Shown here: positions 12,957 through 25,853 of the stretch, in pieces
Layout: every line of letters begins with the position of its first letter
Numbering within the stretch: position 1 is the first letter of the stretch
From: Podarcis gaigeae
Lineage: Eukaryota
Reading direction: 5' to 3' (one strand)
DNA length: 64,000 bases
Assembly: GCA_964106915.2 (NCBI GenBank)
Contig: OZ066919.1
Translations under genes and position numbers: made by a program
Notes under the pieces: model-generated
What the model saw: the letters and a program-made list of their open reading frames with translations, nothing else
Database searches by the model: none
What the model was told of the DNA's origin: nothing

Positions 12957-13545
12957 TGTGTTGTTGCCATCCATTTACCCTGAGAGACAATGGAGTGTGC
13001 CTCCAAGAGTGAAGTCAAGCCACTGTGTTAGCAACACCGAAGTGACCTCCCCAGGGCACAAACCTGGGCAGTGTATATGGAGGTCCTGGGCAGCCCAGAC
13101 AACAACCCTCCTCTTGGCCTTGCTGATGTCGTCCAAAGGAAAGCAGAGCAATATGTTTGGCACCTTTTTGATTGCAGGAGTTGCTGGAAAGATGTGTACA
13201 AGGTGCCATCCAACTGTCTTACCGACTCCATTCCAGATTTGTTTAGGATTTACTTACTAGCTTTTGCTTCTCCTGAAGATATCCTGCAAGGCAGCAGAGG
13301 TTTAGGATCAGAATTTTCCTTCTCCTAGATGGGCTACCTTCCCAGGTTGATGAACCCTATCTGCACCTCACTTCCCTCCATAGCACGTGCAGAAATCACC
13401 TTCTTGACTGGTGGATCCACTCAATCCACTGGAGCCTGTTTTCACATGCGGGGGAAGTCCCTAACTCACCAAGGATCTGACACCAATTGGCTACCCTCAC
13501 CTGGTTTAGCCGACCAGTTGAAGCCCCATCCTGCTATTCACTGAT
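12957..13545 (-). mobile_element. Non-autonomous, internally deleted RTE-clade element (5'UTR plus 3' terminus)
   Basis: The left end (TTGTTGCCATCC...GAGAGACAATGGAGTGTGCC) matches the 3' terminus of the RTEs at 19437 and 31905. It contains the RTE 5'UTR-type motif TTTTCCTTCTCCTAGATGGGCTACC (13314-13338) and no RT ORF. Confidence 0.7.
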
Positions 13546-14741
13546 GTTTCTCCCGTACTGGCCAAACCTGGAGACAGAGGGTGGAATTCAGTATCATGCT
13601 ATTACAAATGTTCTGTCTGCATAAGTATATCTTCTTGCTAGATTAAACAATCCCCCCATATGCTGTACCGGGGGTTCTTCTGACCCTCCTGTCAATTTCT
13701 TGGGGGGCACACTGTGGGGAGATGAGAGAAAGGTCTAAAGTGCAAGCAGAAGTCCTTAGACAGTGCTTCTGCTGATGAGGTTCATTAAATGACTCCTGCT
13801 CAGTGTTTTAGTCTGGGTAAATGTTTGGCCCAGCAGGGCTGTTCTTGTGTATATGATGTGAAATTGAGTAGCTCTCAGTTCAACTAGAACTGTGGGTTTG
13901 CCTGGCCATACCTATCACATTTGTTATATCAGGAGCTTCTCTCTTGGGCTTGTTTTGCTCATGTTTCTAAGGGGGGAGAGTGCAGCTGTAGTGGTGACAG
14001 GTTTTGCAGCTGGCCTGGGAGGACCCAAACACGTGCTTTTAAGAGGAAGGAAAAAGTGCAGCTTTTATTAAACAATAGCATATCTTCAAATTGGATTATG
14101 GCAAATTTTCAGGGACACCACAGCATTGATTGGCTGGCCTGGAGTGGGAGAGGCTATGCATAGGCACGCCAGCGCGTGTGCAATCGGATCTCTTCCATTA
14201 GACTGATCAATAACTGCTGTGCAAGGGTGGTGGTGGTGTGGAGTGTTGACAAAACTGAATAAATATAGATGTGAGAGCTGAGAAATTGCATTACAACCAG
14301 AGGGTCCAAGCACAACACACATAACCCTTTCACCTCGCCACCCAGATTCCTGGGAGGGTTAACTCTTTCAAGGGCAGGGGCATGGCACTGGAAGAACCAA
14401 AGGTAAAGAAACACTATGTCACAGACCGGGCGTCCCAGACCCTTCAGCTTTTTTGACAACTGCTCCTTGCTTGCTATCCTTTTTTCTCTTGTCTTCCCAT
14501 CTGATGAGAGAAGCCCTACACATCAAGTGAGGGAGTAGAGAACCCAGTCTACCCTCCCATTGCTTTATCCTTTCAAGAGGCAGCCTCTGCCTTCTTCAGG
14601 ATTTACCTCTACCTCATTTCCATGACTTCCTCTAAGACTGACAAGCATCAGGAGGCATCTGGAAGCCTGCAGCCTTTTATCATGCCCATTGTAACTCACC
14701 TTCAGAACCACCCCTCCAAGCTGATTACCAGTTGAGCTACT

Positions 14742-14742
14742 T

Positions 14743-14778
<36 letters not shown>

Positions 14779-14793
14779 ACAAGCAAACAAACA
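14742..14793. repeat. (GCAA)n microsatellite degenerating to (ACAA)n
   Basis: Direct tetranucleotide run. Confidence 0.95.
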
Positions 14794-15200
14794 ATCTAGC
14801 AACTGCTTCTCCACACACTCCATTGCCATGGATGTCATGCTGTGGAGTTCTGTTTTCCAACTCTGCCACTCTGGGCTACAATTATTTTGCTCTGCAAATG
14901 CTTGGTCAAGAATCAGTTCAGCAGGGATGAAGGAGTGAGTGCCTGTCCCTGGCAAAAGCCAGGGTTATTATTTCACACCAGTCAACATACTGCTCAGTAA
15001 GTAGGAGAACATGGTGTTGAATTGCCATGCTAATGATTCCAAGTTCCTGTCAAGTAGTGGGAATGATTTGGACTAAGATGTGTGGTGTATATATTTTGTG
15101 TCTGTGTGCCTACAGTGAGCTCACATTGCAAACCATGCTTACTGAGGTCTACACCTACAGGCGTTGTTTTTATAAAAAAATGATATACAAGTTGCATCAA

Positions 15201-15220
15201 TGTCCCACTAGGTGGTAAAC
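15201..15220 (+). promoter_or_regulatory. Candidate CTCF site
   Basis: CCACTAGGTGGTA (15205-15217) resembles the CTCF core CCASYAGRKGGC, with a TGCA upstream. Motif match only. Confidence 0.35.
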
Positions 15221-18200
15221 TTGCTTCCGTTTGCACCTGTTGCAGATTCTCTTCTCTCAACACCCTGTGACCTAAACAAGTCCTGCTGAGGCAGCCATAT
15301 TGGGCCATCTCTAATTAGTGTTCATTGAACACACTGTTTTGCTTTGGCCAGACAACACAGCAGTGACCTCTTGACCTTTCATTTTGGTTCAGAGCCCCCT
15401 GACAGCTGTGAACCCTGGGAATGTCTTCTGCTCTATTCCCCTCCCCCTGTCTCATCCTTCTCACCCAGTGGCCCCAGCCATGCTTGGATGAAGGTGCTGA
15501 CTGGGGTGGCATGTAGGCCAGGAGATAGCATCTGCCTCCGTAAGCTCTTTCCTGAATATGATTTAAAGTAATAAGTGAGGAGGAAACCTGTAATAAAGTC
15601 AGCAGCACTTTGCTCATTAAGGGGAAAAAGACTATGCTGGGCTAGGAATAATATTAATTAGACAGATATATGAGGAGCCGGGAAGCCTTTCGGAGATATA
15701 TATGGTGCCTCCAAGATGGATAAATGGGAAAAGCAGCATCCACACTTTTGGCAAAAAATAGATTTTGGGGGTAGAGTGGGATGGGCCTGAAGGCATTATG
15801 TAAACTAGGGTGACATTACCAAGAAAGGCAAACTTCCAAAACAATCTGATAATATCATTCATAGATAACTGATAACTGATCCCTCAGGAACTGGCATGTT
15901 TAAGGTTGTTTTGTGGTATATAGTTCCAAGAATGATGCTGTTTGGGCTTAGCTTATCCTGCCAAGCTCAGAGAATGACACCGGTGTATTATAACTTTTGT
16001 GTTCCTGGGTTATAGTTGGCCCAACTTTTCTCATGGTTGATTCTCATCTTGCTTCCTTAGTACCCTTTCCCCCTCCCTGCCCAAGTTAAATATAGCAGCT
16101 GACTTTGGAGGTGATTAGTAATAAAAATTTAACAAGCGTCTATATGAACGTCTTTCTGTCACTTTTATGAGGCCATTTACCGCTGGGGAGATATACCTTC
16201 CATTTCCCCCTCACAAGAAGTTCCAAAGCTCAGAGGCAGCATACCGTATGGCCAGCCCTCCTCATTTTGACAGGTAGTGGGGGAAAGGAAAACAACATAC
16301 CCACCTTGCATTCCGAGCCAACACTGCCATTTCCCTCTGCACAGACTTTCAGGTGTTCTCCATTCTCCAGTGTGCATAGCTCTGACAAAAATCAATGAAG
16401 CAGCATAAGATGCCTTCTACTCCTCTTGCCTTCCTTTAGTCTTTGTTTCTGTTTTGAAGAGCCACCTTCTACTGGATAGCCCTTGCAAAGGTGAAGGTAG
16501 ATCTGGATCTACTGGTAGATCTCTAGGTGATTTGCATAAGATAGATAAGGCTATCTGACTTCAAATAGTGTAACAACAACAGCAACAGAATTCACCCCCT
16601 CCACTCTGAATTATACTGCTGAAATGAAGAAAGCTTAGGGTAATTAGGAGTGTTATTTGTATGTAGAAGGGCTATGGTATCAGGTCAGGTCTGTAGTCAA
16701 AAGCAAATTTATGGGCTCAGAATGATTCAATCCTAAATGTATGTCTTTTGCACTTGGCTCTGGATGATGGAATTGAAGTCTGCTTACTCCTTAGAGCATT
16801 AACATACATAAATGAGTAATGACTCTAATATGAAGAATTGCTATGCGTACAATGGTAATGCTGAAGTATTCAGGTGTCTTCCTATTCTGTCCCTTGGACG
16901 GAAGTCCCACATGGCTTATATACAGTTTTGGGTTGTTTTTATGCTTTGAAAGCACTGCACTTCTTTCATACTTGTATTAATTAGCATTTATAAGATTGTG
17001 GTCCATGTTGCACAAATTGGTATTTTGGGAATATAGGCCGAGTTGATCTAGGTAGCATTTGGCCCTGTCCTGTTTTGCCTAGGGTGGAAAGCCTGTGGGA
17101 TACCAGAAGTGGAATCCTACTTTCTCCCCTTCCAGTTGGCTCAGGGGTTGAGAGAACCCGCAGAACATCATGCCAGGGGCGGAGATGGAAGATTGTTCCA
17201 TCAGGCAAGCTGAACCAAATGCATGAGCTGAGGGAACAATTGTCATAACACTGTTGAATATATTCAACCTGAAGAGGTGAAAGTGAGCAGGAGTTGGAAG
17301 AGAGTTGCAAGTAATGAATCACCAGCATATCAGGAAGCAGAGCAGAAAGGTATCATGCACCTATATCAGTAGCTGCTCTTCAGAACCTAGGATAGTTCAG
17401 AGAGTGGCACTGACATTTATCTGACAAAAGCTGAAACTTGATGGCAACTGCACTAAACCTAGTCCCACAGGTGCAGTTGATGGAATTTAAAGGACCTGGT
17501 TTGTTGGAGTGAAGCTGTGTCAGTGAATGACAGGACACATGGTCCAGGGTACTTATCAGAGCCAGCCTGTCTGCTTAGTTCCTCTTTGTCTTTCATTCAT
17601 TCCTGACCAGAGAGCTCAATGGCACCCCTGGTCTCCCTTTGCCAGCAGTACCATGCAAATTGTGTCATGTTTTATTTAAGGGAGGCTGTACATGCTGTTT
17701 TGCCAGGCATGTGACTATGTCTAGGAGCCCTTTGAGTATAGGGAGATACTAATTGCAATGGGCTTTTTCCATGGCAATATGGGGTAGAAACTGGGATTTA
17801 GGAAGACTGACTTAGAAGTAGACAGAGAGAAGTATGGCTCTGCCTATGCTGTAGAACGTATGATCATTCTAGCCTCATTCTGCTGCTCCAGGAGGAGGTC
17901 AAGAAGGCAAAGTTACCAGAGAGGTGAATTATCAGAGGGAGTGGTAACAATGGGTCAGGCAGCTCCAAGCAGGGGGTAATAGAGTTAAGGGGCAGCATCT
18001 TGTGGGGAGCCCGGCATTAAAGCAATGAGTAGAGCTTAATCTGCCCCGAGCAAGGGCAGCGAGGTCTTTAATATTATGTCAGGCACATGGGCTGCGCTGG
18101 CGGGCTATCCTTCACAGCAGCTAATGCCACTGGGATAACTGAATTAGCCCCTTTTCTGACGGGGAGAGCATGGGGTTGGCGGCCGGGCGATCGTGCCTTG

Positions 18201-18579
18201 CAGCTGCGAGAGAAGCGAGCAATGGACTGCAAATTCAATCAGGTGAGCGGGACCGAAGGACGCAGGTGTTCCCTCACTTCTAAGCAACCTCTTCTCCAGC
18301 CCACAAGGCTTCATTCCAGTCCTAAGAGTCCTGATGCTCAGTCCCTGTCCTATTCCAAGCCACTAGAACCTGACTTTGGCTTCCAGTACTTCTCACCCCC
18401 TTTCTCCTCCCAGTGAATGCAGCAGTTCTAGTATTCTAGTATTCTGCGCCTCTCACTCTGCAAGAATTAAGGACGTCTTGTCTGATTCTCTCAGTTTTCT
18501 GAAAGTGATTTAGCTAAGAGGATAGTAGTTTCATCTTGGTTATCAGGAGAGGGAACCCAAGCAACTCCCAAGCAGAATA

Positions 18580-18821
18580 TAGTGGTACCTTGGGTTACAG
18601 ACACTTCAGGTTACAGATGCTTCAGGTTACAGACTCCGCTAACCCAGAAATAGTACCTCAGGTTAAGAACTTTGCTTTAGGATGAGAACAAAAATTGTGC
18701 GGCGGCAGCACAGTGGCAGTGGGAGGCCCCATTAGCTAAAGTGGTACCTCAGGTTAAGAATAGTTTCAGTTTAAGAATGGACCTCCAGAACGAATTAAGT
18801 TCTTAACCCAAGGTACTGCTG
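18580..18821. mobile_element. Tigger/pogo-like mariner MITE
   Basis: TIR (C>T)AGTGGTACCTTGGGTTA / TAACCCAAGGTACTGCTG, TA flanks at 18578-18579 and 18822-18823, and internal repeats CAGGTTACAGA and CAGGTTAAGAA. Confidence 0.88.
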
Positions 18822-19436
18822 TATTGCTGATTATGGAGTTCAAGTGCCCTGGATGCTAGTTCCTCCTTGCTTACTGTTGTTTTCAATTGTAGGGCTAATT
18901 CTGTTTCATGTCATGTGGGTTGGATATGAGAGAGAAAAACACTAAATAATAATTGTGACAGTTGTGGTGTTTCCCATTCTTTCATGGGATTCTGTTGTTC
19001 TGCCTAAGCTGAGCCGAACCGCGCCCCCCTCCCCATCGTAAGTTAAGTAGATTGTTAGGATTGTTGTTTCTCACAGAGGGTGAGGAACTGGATCCAGCTG
19101 GTGATCTGGATAATTACTTCTCCCACAGAACAACTTTGACAGGTGGGTTGAGCCACCCACGTGTTGATCACCTGATGTTATTATGGCACCAAGGGACAAC
19201 TTCAAAGCAGTTTTCGGTAACCCCAAACCAGCTGATCAGTAGTTACAGTGAGTTGCTTTGAAGTTTGTTTGTGGGGTGGTTTGGATTCCGACAACTCCTG
19301 CAAACAGACGCTTTTTCTCTGCAGATCTGCAAGCAGGCTGTAAACAGACAAAGTGGGGCTTGCAGGAAGCTCATTTGAAGGCACATTGTCAGTGCCAGTC
19401 AGTTTATCAACACTGACAAGAGTCCCATTGACTGCT

Positions 19437-19945
19437 CTGGTTGGTTGGCTCCTGTCTGTCTTGGGAGACAATGAAAGATGTGTGAAGTCAAACTGTTGGA
19501 TCGTTACAGCACCTGCTTTGACCGTAGAGACCAATATGGGAGAGACATGTTTTATTGCAGTTGGGGCAGATGAAGGCATCCGGTTGTGCTGTTGCAGGTG
19601 TACCATGCATTTCTTCTTTCTGCACTCCTTCCAGTGGTCATTCCTCCTCTAGTCTTTGCTGTGGATACGCAAGATGATTGATTGTCTCCAGGTGCTGTGG
19701 TTGTCTGCAAGGGATTGCCGCATGGTGGGGTTAATGTTGCCAGCCGTCATGTCACGTTTACAGACATCTTTGTAACACAGAATTGGTCTGCCAATGGCCT
19801 GCTCCCCATAGAGAAGCCAGCTCCCCAAAGAGCATGTCCTTGGGGATCCTGCCATCTTCCATTCTGTGGGCATGACCAAGTCAGCATAGACGTTCCTGAG
19901 ACAGGAATGCAAACATGCTGGGAATATGTGCTTGGAGAGTTCCCA
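19437..19945 (-). mobile_element. RTE-clade LINE 3' fragment (not Bov-B)
   Basis: Minus translation gives RPILCYKDVCKRDM...WRQ and the C-terminal zinc-finger-like DAFICPNCNKTCLSHIGLY. (CCAA)n tail at the left end. Confidence 0.88.
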
Positions 19946-20039
19946 GTGGGGAACTCCTAGTGCTTCCAATCAGCTGGTTGTTCCTTTGCAGGTGGGACTC
20001 GCTGCCAGCACCAATCGAGAGCTCACTTTAAGTTCCCAA

Positions 20040-20330
20040 ATATTATTACTATTATTTATTCAATTTGTTTACTGCCCTTCATCTCAAGAGCCCAAGTCGG
20101 TTCACAACATAAAAATACAAAATGAGAATCCAAAATATATAAAAAACCAAAAACAAATCAATAACCCCTTCCCACAAACCTGTTTAAAAAGCCATAGAAT
20201 GTTAATCAACTAAAGGCCTTGTTATAGAGATACATTTTCACCTAGGGTCTAAAGATATGTAATGAAGGCACCAGGCAAGCCTCCCTGGGGAGAGCATTCT
20301 ACAATTAGGGAGCTACTGCAGAAAATGGTC
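20040..20330 (-). mobile_element. L2 3' fragment
   Basis: TTA/TTTA tail, then ...GCACCAGGCAAGCCTCCCTGGGGAGAGCATTCTACAA...GGAGCTACTGCAGAAA. Confidence 0.7.
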
Positions 20331-20732
20331 CCATGTGCACCCTTGTAAAAAGACCCAGAACGCGCACACAAACCCTAAAGGAGCGTTCACTTGCATACTC
20401 AGTCTTCTCCCTTGAGATGAGAACTGTGTAACTGACTAGACTTGCCTGATTCTTTAAAAGCAGAGCAGGAGTGGTGTGTTAAGTGTTGGCCAGCATCTTT
20501 TTCTTATGCCTAGCCATATATCTTAGAATTCTGCTGATGAACCGTTGAACCTTGTATCCTGTACTTAAGGGTTGATGCTGAGACTGAGTGGTGATTTCAT
20601 CAGTTAAGTTTTGGAATTTCCTGAGCCAAGAGTCTGAGTCTTTCATTTGATGATGGGAGCCAGGACAAGCTTAGTCTAGGCCTGTTTCCTACCTCACCTC
20701 ACCCCTTTTTGTTCATGTGCAGGTATTCTAAC

Positions 20733-21039
20733 TAGGCCTGGATGATATATTAATACATCATCCAGGACCAGTTTGAGGGCCAGATTGCAATGATGCCTTC
20801 ACCTAGCGGTATGTCGTGGGTGGGGCTTGCCTGCCGCCTGGCACCTTACCTTCCTTTCCCTGCTGCCTCCTTCCTCCCTGCCAGGCGCTGGCAGTGTTGG
20901 GAGTGAGGCAGTTTCACCCAAGCGCCCTGTGGGGCCAGGGCCTATGCTTCTTGTTCCCCTCTCCACACCAGACACTGGGAGTGGTGGTGGTTTTACATGA
21001 TACATTGTGATGTTGAAAACCTGATATTGCCCGGCCCTA
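20733..21039. mobile_element. hAT-like non-autonomous DNA transposon
   Basis: Termini TAGGCCTGGATGATAT / ATATTGCCCGGCCCTA. The flanks ATTCTAAC and ATTTAAC form a degenerate TSD. Confidence 0.7.
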
Positions 21040-21635
21040 ATTTAACCTAGGGCTCCTTGAAAAAGCTGTCTTATGTTCCTCAGGTCTGCACTGCGGTAAC
21101 AGTGCCCTGCCGGTAAACCTTTAAAAGGAAATACAGTGAGGGAGGAATACATTGGAATTTAATCTTATTTGTATTATTTGCAAGGATGATATTACTGTGT
21201 CAAGTATTTTCAGTTCAATAATATGTATCATTTAGTCAAAGGACCCCTTGACAGGTGATGATTTCATACATTTAGACATAGGAAAACTGCATGTAAATCA
21301 TCATCTGTGACAAGCATATGTATTTCTGTTGCCTTTCTTAGCATCCTGAACAAGAATGGGTGTGTCTGTGTCTGTTTATTTCACATTTTAGTGCAAAACA
21401 AACATAATTCACATTTTCTGAAGAAACAACACAAACCAAAACACAACTATCCTTCTAAATTTGCCCTTCTCTCTGTGTGGTGCAGGGCAAATGTTGTGCA
21501 TTAAAAAGAGTATATCATGAGAATGTGTACATAAAAATGCACATATTGGTGAAAATAACATAGAAAAATGCATTATATGAGGGAAAATTATATACAAAAT
21601 GTGTATATGAGAAGAAATACACACAAAAATGCCGA

Positions 21636-21697
21636 TATTGCAAGGGGTTGGTCTAGGGGACCCTTAGAGTCACTTTGAACTCTACAGTTCTGTGATT
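21636..21697 (+). mobile_element. CR1-type 3' tail (SINE or LINE fragment)
   Basis: ATTGCAAGGGGTTGGTCTAGGGGACCCTT...AACTCTACAGTTCTGTGATT. Confidence 0.6.
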
Positions 21698-22584
21698 TGA
21701 AGACAAATTCTTATAATAACTTTAAAAAAAAAAACTCCTGCAAGTTCATGTGAAGATGTGGAACTGAACTCCATATTATCTGGAGAAGCTGAAAATGACA
21801 GATTCGCCCATCCCTTCTCCCAGATTCCTCAGAACTCATTGTAGCTGCTTTTTGCTTCTTTAAGGAGCACAATTTATGCTCCTTTCTCTGTTTTTCCATT
21901 AAGTCAGAGAAGCCCAGCTCATCAGAGGTGTGTGGCAGGAGTAGATAATCCAGTTTACCCTCACCCTCACTAGTTTCTTTATCTTCATTCCCTCCCTTTC
22001 CATGACTTCCTCAGAGGTGAGGATTCTGGAATCTTTTGGCCTCTCATCAGCCCCACATGAATCCCTATCTGGACTGACTGCTGGCTGGGCTACTCATGAG
22101 CAAGCAGTTGGTTTTTCCCACAGTGTGCATTTCACCAAGTCTACTCTTGGTATACACCAAGGCATTGGAAAGGCAAAGTCAATCACAGTTCTCATCCTGT
22201 CTGTGTACATTCTGCAAAACAGATCTTTTGGCCACACATGATGGTGTGAAATTATATCTCTATAGGGAAATGTTGCAAGCAAACATTAGCCCGTACCCTG
22301 CCTAAACAAGAGCAAGAAAATCATCTCCATGTCAAGATCAGTTGTACTATGTAGCACAAAAACTGTGTTTCAAGTTCTGTGAAATAAACTCAACAAGCTT
22401 ATCCAGTCTCTAATTCTCTCTCTCTCTCTCTTTCTTTCTCTCTCTCTATATAATTCTATTAAGTTTTCATATTTTTCCTTTGTCACATTCATATCAAATC
22501 ATATAATCTCATACCAAGCATCGACTCCCCCCACTCCCACTCTCTGGCTTTCTTAAGCAATCATAATCCTCTTAGCATTTCTTT

Positions 22585-24021
22585 CTCTTTTTTTTTAAAT
22601 TATATTTTATTAATTTTCCATCAAAAGAAAATACAAATCACATTGCAACTTCTACAAATTCTCCTCATTTTTAGGCTTCCTTCAGCCTCTCTGCCAATCA
22701 TCCGAATTAATTTTTCTTTAACTACACATTTCCAGATTTTGCTATTACCTTTATCCCTACCCCCCCTCTTCTATTTCCCTTTTTTGTAATATTTCTTATG
22801 TTATTACAGAGCTTCTTTAAATGCCACTAACGTTATTTCACAATCACTTATACATTCCCAATACTCAACTAACTTTCCCCAGTCCTCGATGAACTTTTGA
22901 TCTCGTAGATATCTGATCTTCCCAGTCAGTTTATCAAGTTCTGCATAGTCCATCAGCTTCATTCTCCACTCCTCCAGTGTTGGTATTTGTTCTTGTTTCC
23001 ATTTCTGGGCCAGTAATATTCTTGCCGCTGTTACTGCATATTGGAAAAATTTATGATGCTTTCTATTTATTTCATTTCCAACGATTCCTAAGAGAAAGGC
23101 CTCTGGTTTCTTAGCAAATGTATATTTCAACATTATTTTCAGTTCATTATATATCAACTCCCAGAAGCTTTTCACTTTCTTACATTCCCACCACATATGA
23201 TAAAATGTACCATCCTTTTCTTTACATTTCCAACATTTCTTACATGTCTTATACATTTTTGCAAGTTTTACTGGTGTAATATACCATCTATATATCATTT
23301 TCATAATATTTTCCTTTAATGCAGTACATGCAGTGAATTTAATACTTTCATTCCATAGTTTTATCCAATTATTAAATTGTATATTATGACCAATATCTCT
23401 GGCCCATTGTATCATAACTGATTTAACTTCTTCATCCTTTGTATGCCATTCCAACAATATCTTATACATTTTAGATAAAATTTTATATTCATTATTTATT
23501 ATTTCTAATTGAAATTTGGAATCTTTCTCTACATATCCATATTCTTTGAGATCTTTTTTAAACATTTAATTTATTTGAATATAATGCAACCAATCATATA
23601 CCAACTCTTTTACTTCTTCATAGGGTTTCATTTTCCATTTCCCCCCTTCTTTAACAATCAAATTTCCATATGTAATCCAATTCTTTCTCATATTAATTTT
23701 TTTTACACTCATAACCTCTAAAGGAGACAACCAGTGTGGAGTTTTTGGTTCAAGTAGGTTTTTATACCTATCCCATATTTCTATCAACGATCTTCGGAAA
23801 ATGTTGTTCTCAAAGCCTTTATGGATTTTCTTCTTTTCAGCCCATAGATACGCGTGCCATCCAAATCTGTTATCAAATCCTTCTAAATCTAACTTTTCTA
23901 ACTTTATCCATTCCTTTAACCAACAGAGGCATGAGGCTTCATAGTACAATTTCAAGTCTGGCAAGGCGAAGCCTCCTCTTTCTTTTGCATCAGTTAGTAG
24001 CTTAAATTGAATTCTTGGCTT
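22585..24021 (-). mobile_element. L1-B, non-inverted 3' segment (ORF2 C-terminus, 3'UTR, polyA)
   Basis: ORFs 23566-23964 and 22804-23565 (one frameshift) give ERGGFALPDLKLYY, WYITP and the CCHC knuckle CWKCKEKDGTFYHMWWEC. Poly-T is at about 22588-22596, and the TSD is at 22571-22584 / 24253-24266. Confidence 0.95.
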
Positions 24022-24252
24022 CTTATAGATTTATATCAGAATAACTATATACCAGTGTGGAATGGGATAAAGAAAGATCTGGAAGTGTGGGGACGAATGA
24101 AATTGTCGTTTTGGGGGAGGATCTCAACGATAAAGATGAGCGTGCTGCCAAAGTTATTATTTTTATATCAAACGATTCCAATAATCAAGGGGACTGGGAT
24201 TTTTAAAGAATGGCAAAAAGTGATTTCAAGGTATATCTGGCAGGGTAAGAAG
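24022..24252 (+). mobile_element. L1-B, inverted 5' segment (twin priming)
   Basis: The plus strand encodes IDLYQNNYIPVWNGIKKDLEVW...GRISTIKMSVLPKLLFLYQTIP...YIWQGKK. In ORF2 this directly precedes the KPRIQFKLLTDAKERGG that starts the minus segment at 24021. Confidence 0.92.
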
Positions 24253-25760
24253 CTTAGTATTTCTTTATCACTCTATTTACCTTCTTACTATACTTTTAAA
24301 AAAATACTTTAGTATTTGTAAATCAGTTTCAAAAATTATCATTACAAAATATTTTAAATCAATTCTGCAAAGGATTTCAAATGTTTACAATGTTCTTTCA
24401 TATATTGTATAAATTTACTCCAGTCCTTTTCTTTTCTTTTCTTTTTTGATTTTATTGTTACCGTTTACATTAACACACCATACAGAAAAAGAAAATAAAT
24501 TTCCATCACCACCGAAGAAAAAAGAAGAGAATTAATACATCAACTAATAACCTTCAAAACATAAAATAAAAGTGGTCTTTTTCTGTCGACCAGACTTCCT
24601 GTCTATTCCTTATTACAGATTCTGTATTATTTGTTCACTGCCATTGCATAACTAGTTTTGTTCAAATTCAGTATCCCTTGATCCATTCATAGGTTTTACC
24701 ACATTCTTAACACTGCTACTGAAATTATTTGAACACTGCATATGACCTTAGACTACTATTATTATTTTTCAAATATATTTTAAAAACTTTCCATTTTGAG
24801 ATAAATATCTGTTTTGGTTTATTTTTATGTCTTTTCTGACATGCTATCTAATTCTGCGTATTCTGCCAATTTTTGAATCCATTCTAATCTTGATGGGACT
24901 TTATCACTTTTCTAATTTGCCGCAATGAGAACTCTTGCTGCGACCGTAGCATATAAAAAGATCTCTTTAGCTTTTTTAGGAATATCCGAATCTGTGATTC
25001 ACAAAAGGAAAACTTCTGGTTTCCTATTTAAATATATTTTAAATATTTTTTTCCAATTCTATGTGGATGTCCTCCCAAAACATCTTGATTTCTTTACACT
25101 GCCACCACATATGGAATACAGTACCTGGCTTTTCTTTACACCTCCAGCAGTTATTTGGGTCATTTTTTAACATCTTGGACAATTTCCAGGGGGTTAAATA
25201 CCACCGATGCTGCATTTTAAGAAAATTCTCTCTCAGAGAGTAACAGGCTGTAAAATTTCAATTTGTTTTAGGCAGGCTTTCCCACTGCTTCTTTGTTATT
25301 GAGTACCCAAAATCTAGCGACTACTTAATCACAGCCGCTGTAACATCCTCCTCCTTGACTTCCCAGTCAAGGAGGAGTTGGTATACTTTAGAAAGTGTTT
25401 TAATTCTGGAGTTCACCAAATCCTATTCAAATCTAGAAGTCTCAGTGGAAGATTTTTAATTTCAGTTGGTTATTATCCTCCTTTAGGAGTACTTTATATG
25501 TTGGCCAGGGTTCCTGGGTATTTTTTCTCTTGACCGCCTTAGCCTCTGTTGGCGAGATCCACCAGGGAACCTTGGGTTCGAGCAGGTTTTTATACTTCTC
25601 CCAAACCGTCATTAGGGATTTCCTAATCATATGGTTTGAAAAATTCCTATGAACTTTTGCTTTCCCATACACTAAGTACGCATGCCATCCTCATTGATTG
25701 TCATAACCCTCCAAGTCTAAGAGGTCTGGGTCCTGCAGCGTACACCACTCTTTTAACCAG

Positions 25761-25853
25761 AACAAAAAAAATTCCTTCCAGTAGCACCTTAAAGACCAAC
25801 TAAGTCAGTTCTTGGTATGAGCTTTCGTGTGCATGCACACTTCTTCAGATACC
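25761..25853 (-). mobile_element. Short Penelope-like element fragment
   Basis: 93-bp insert between direct repeats CTTTTAACCAG (25750-25760 and 25853-25863). It carries a minimal hammerhead of the kind typical of Penelope-like elements. Confidence 0.8.
25814..25853 (-). ncRNA. Minimal type I hammerhead ribozyme
   Basis: Minus strand GGUAU-CUGAAGA-A-GUGUGC AU GCACAC-GAA-AGCU-C-AUACC. Stem I is GGUAU/AUACC, the CUGANGA and GAAA core is intact, stem II is present, stem III is the palindrome AGCU, and the cleavage site is UC. Confidence 0.85.

Noticed and set aside
21084-21112. Micro-exon-like segment (TTCCTCAG|...|GTAAAC)
   Set aside because: Weak donor, length not a multiple of three and unrecognised peptide.
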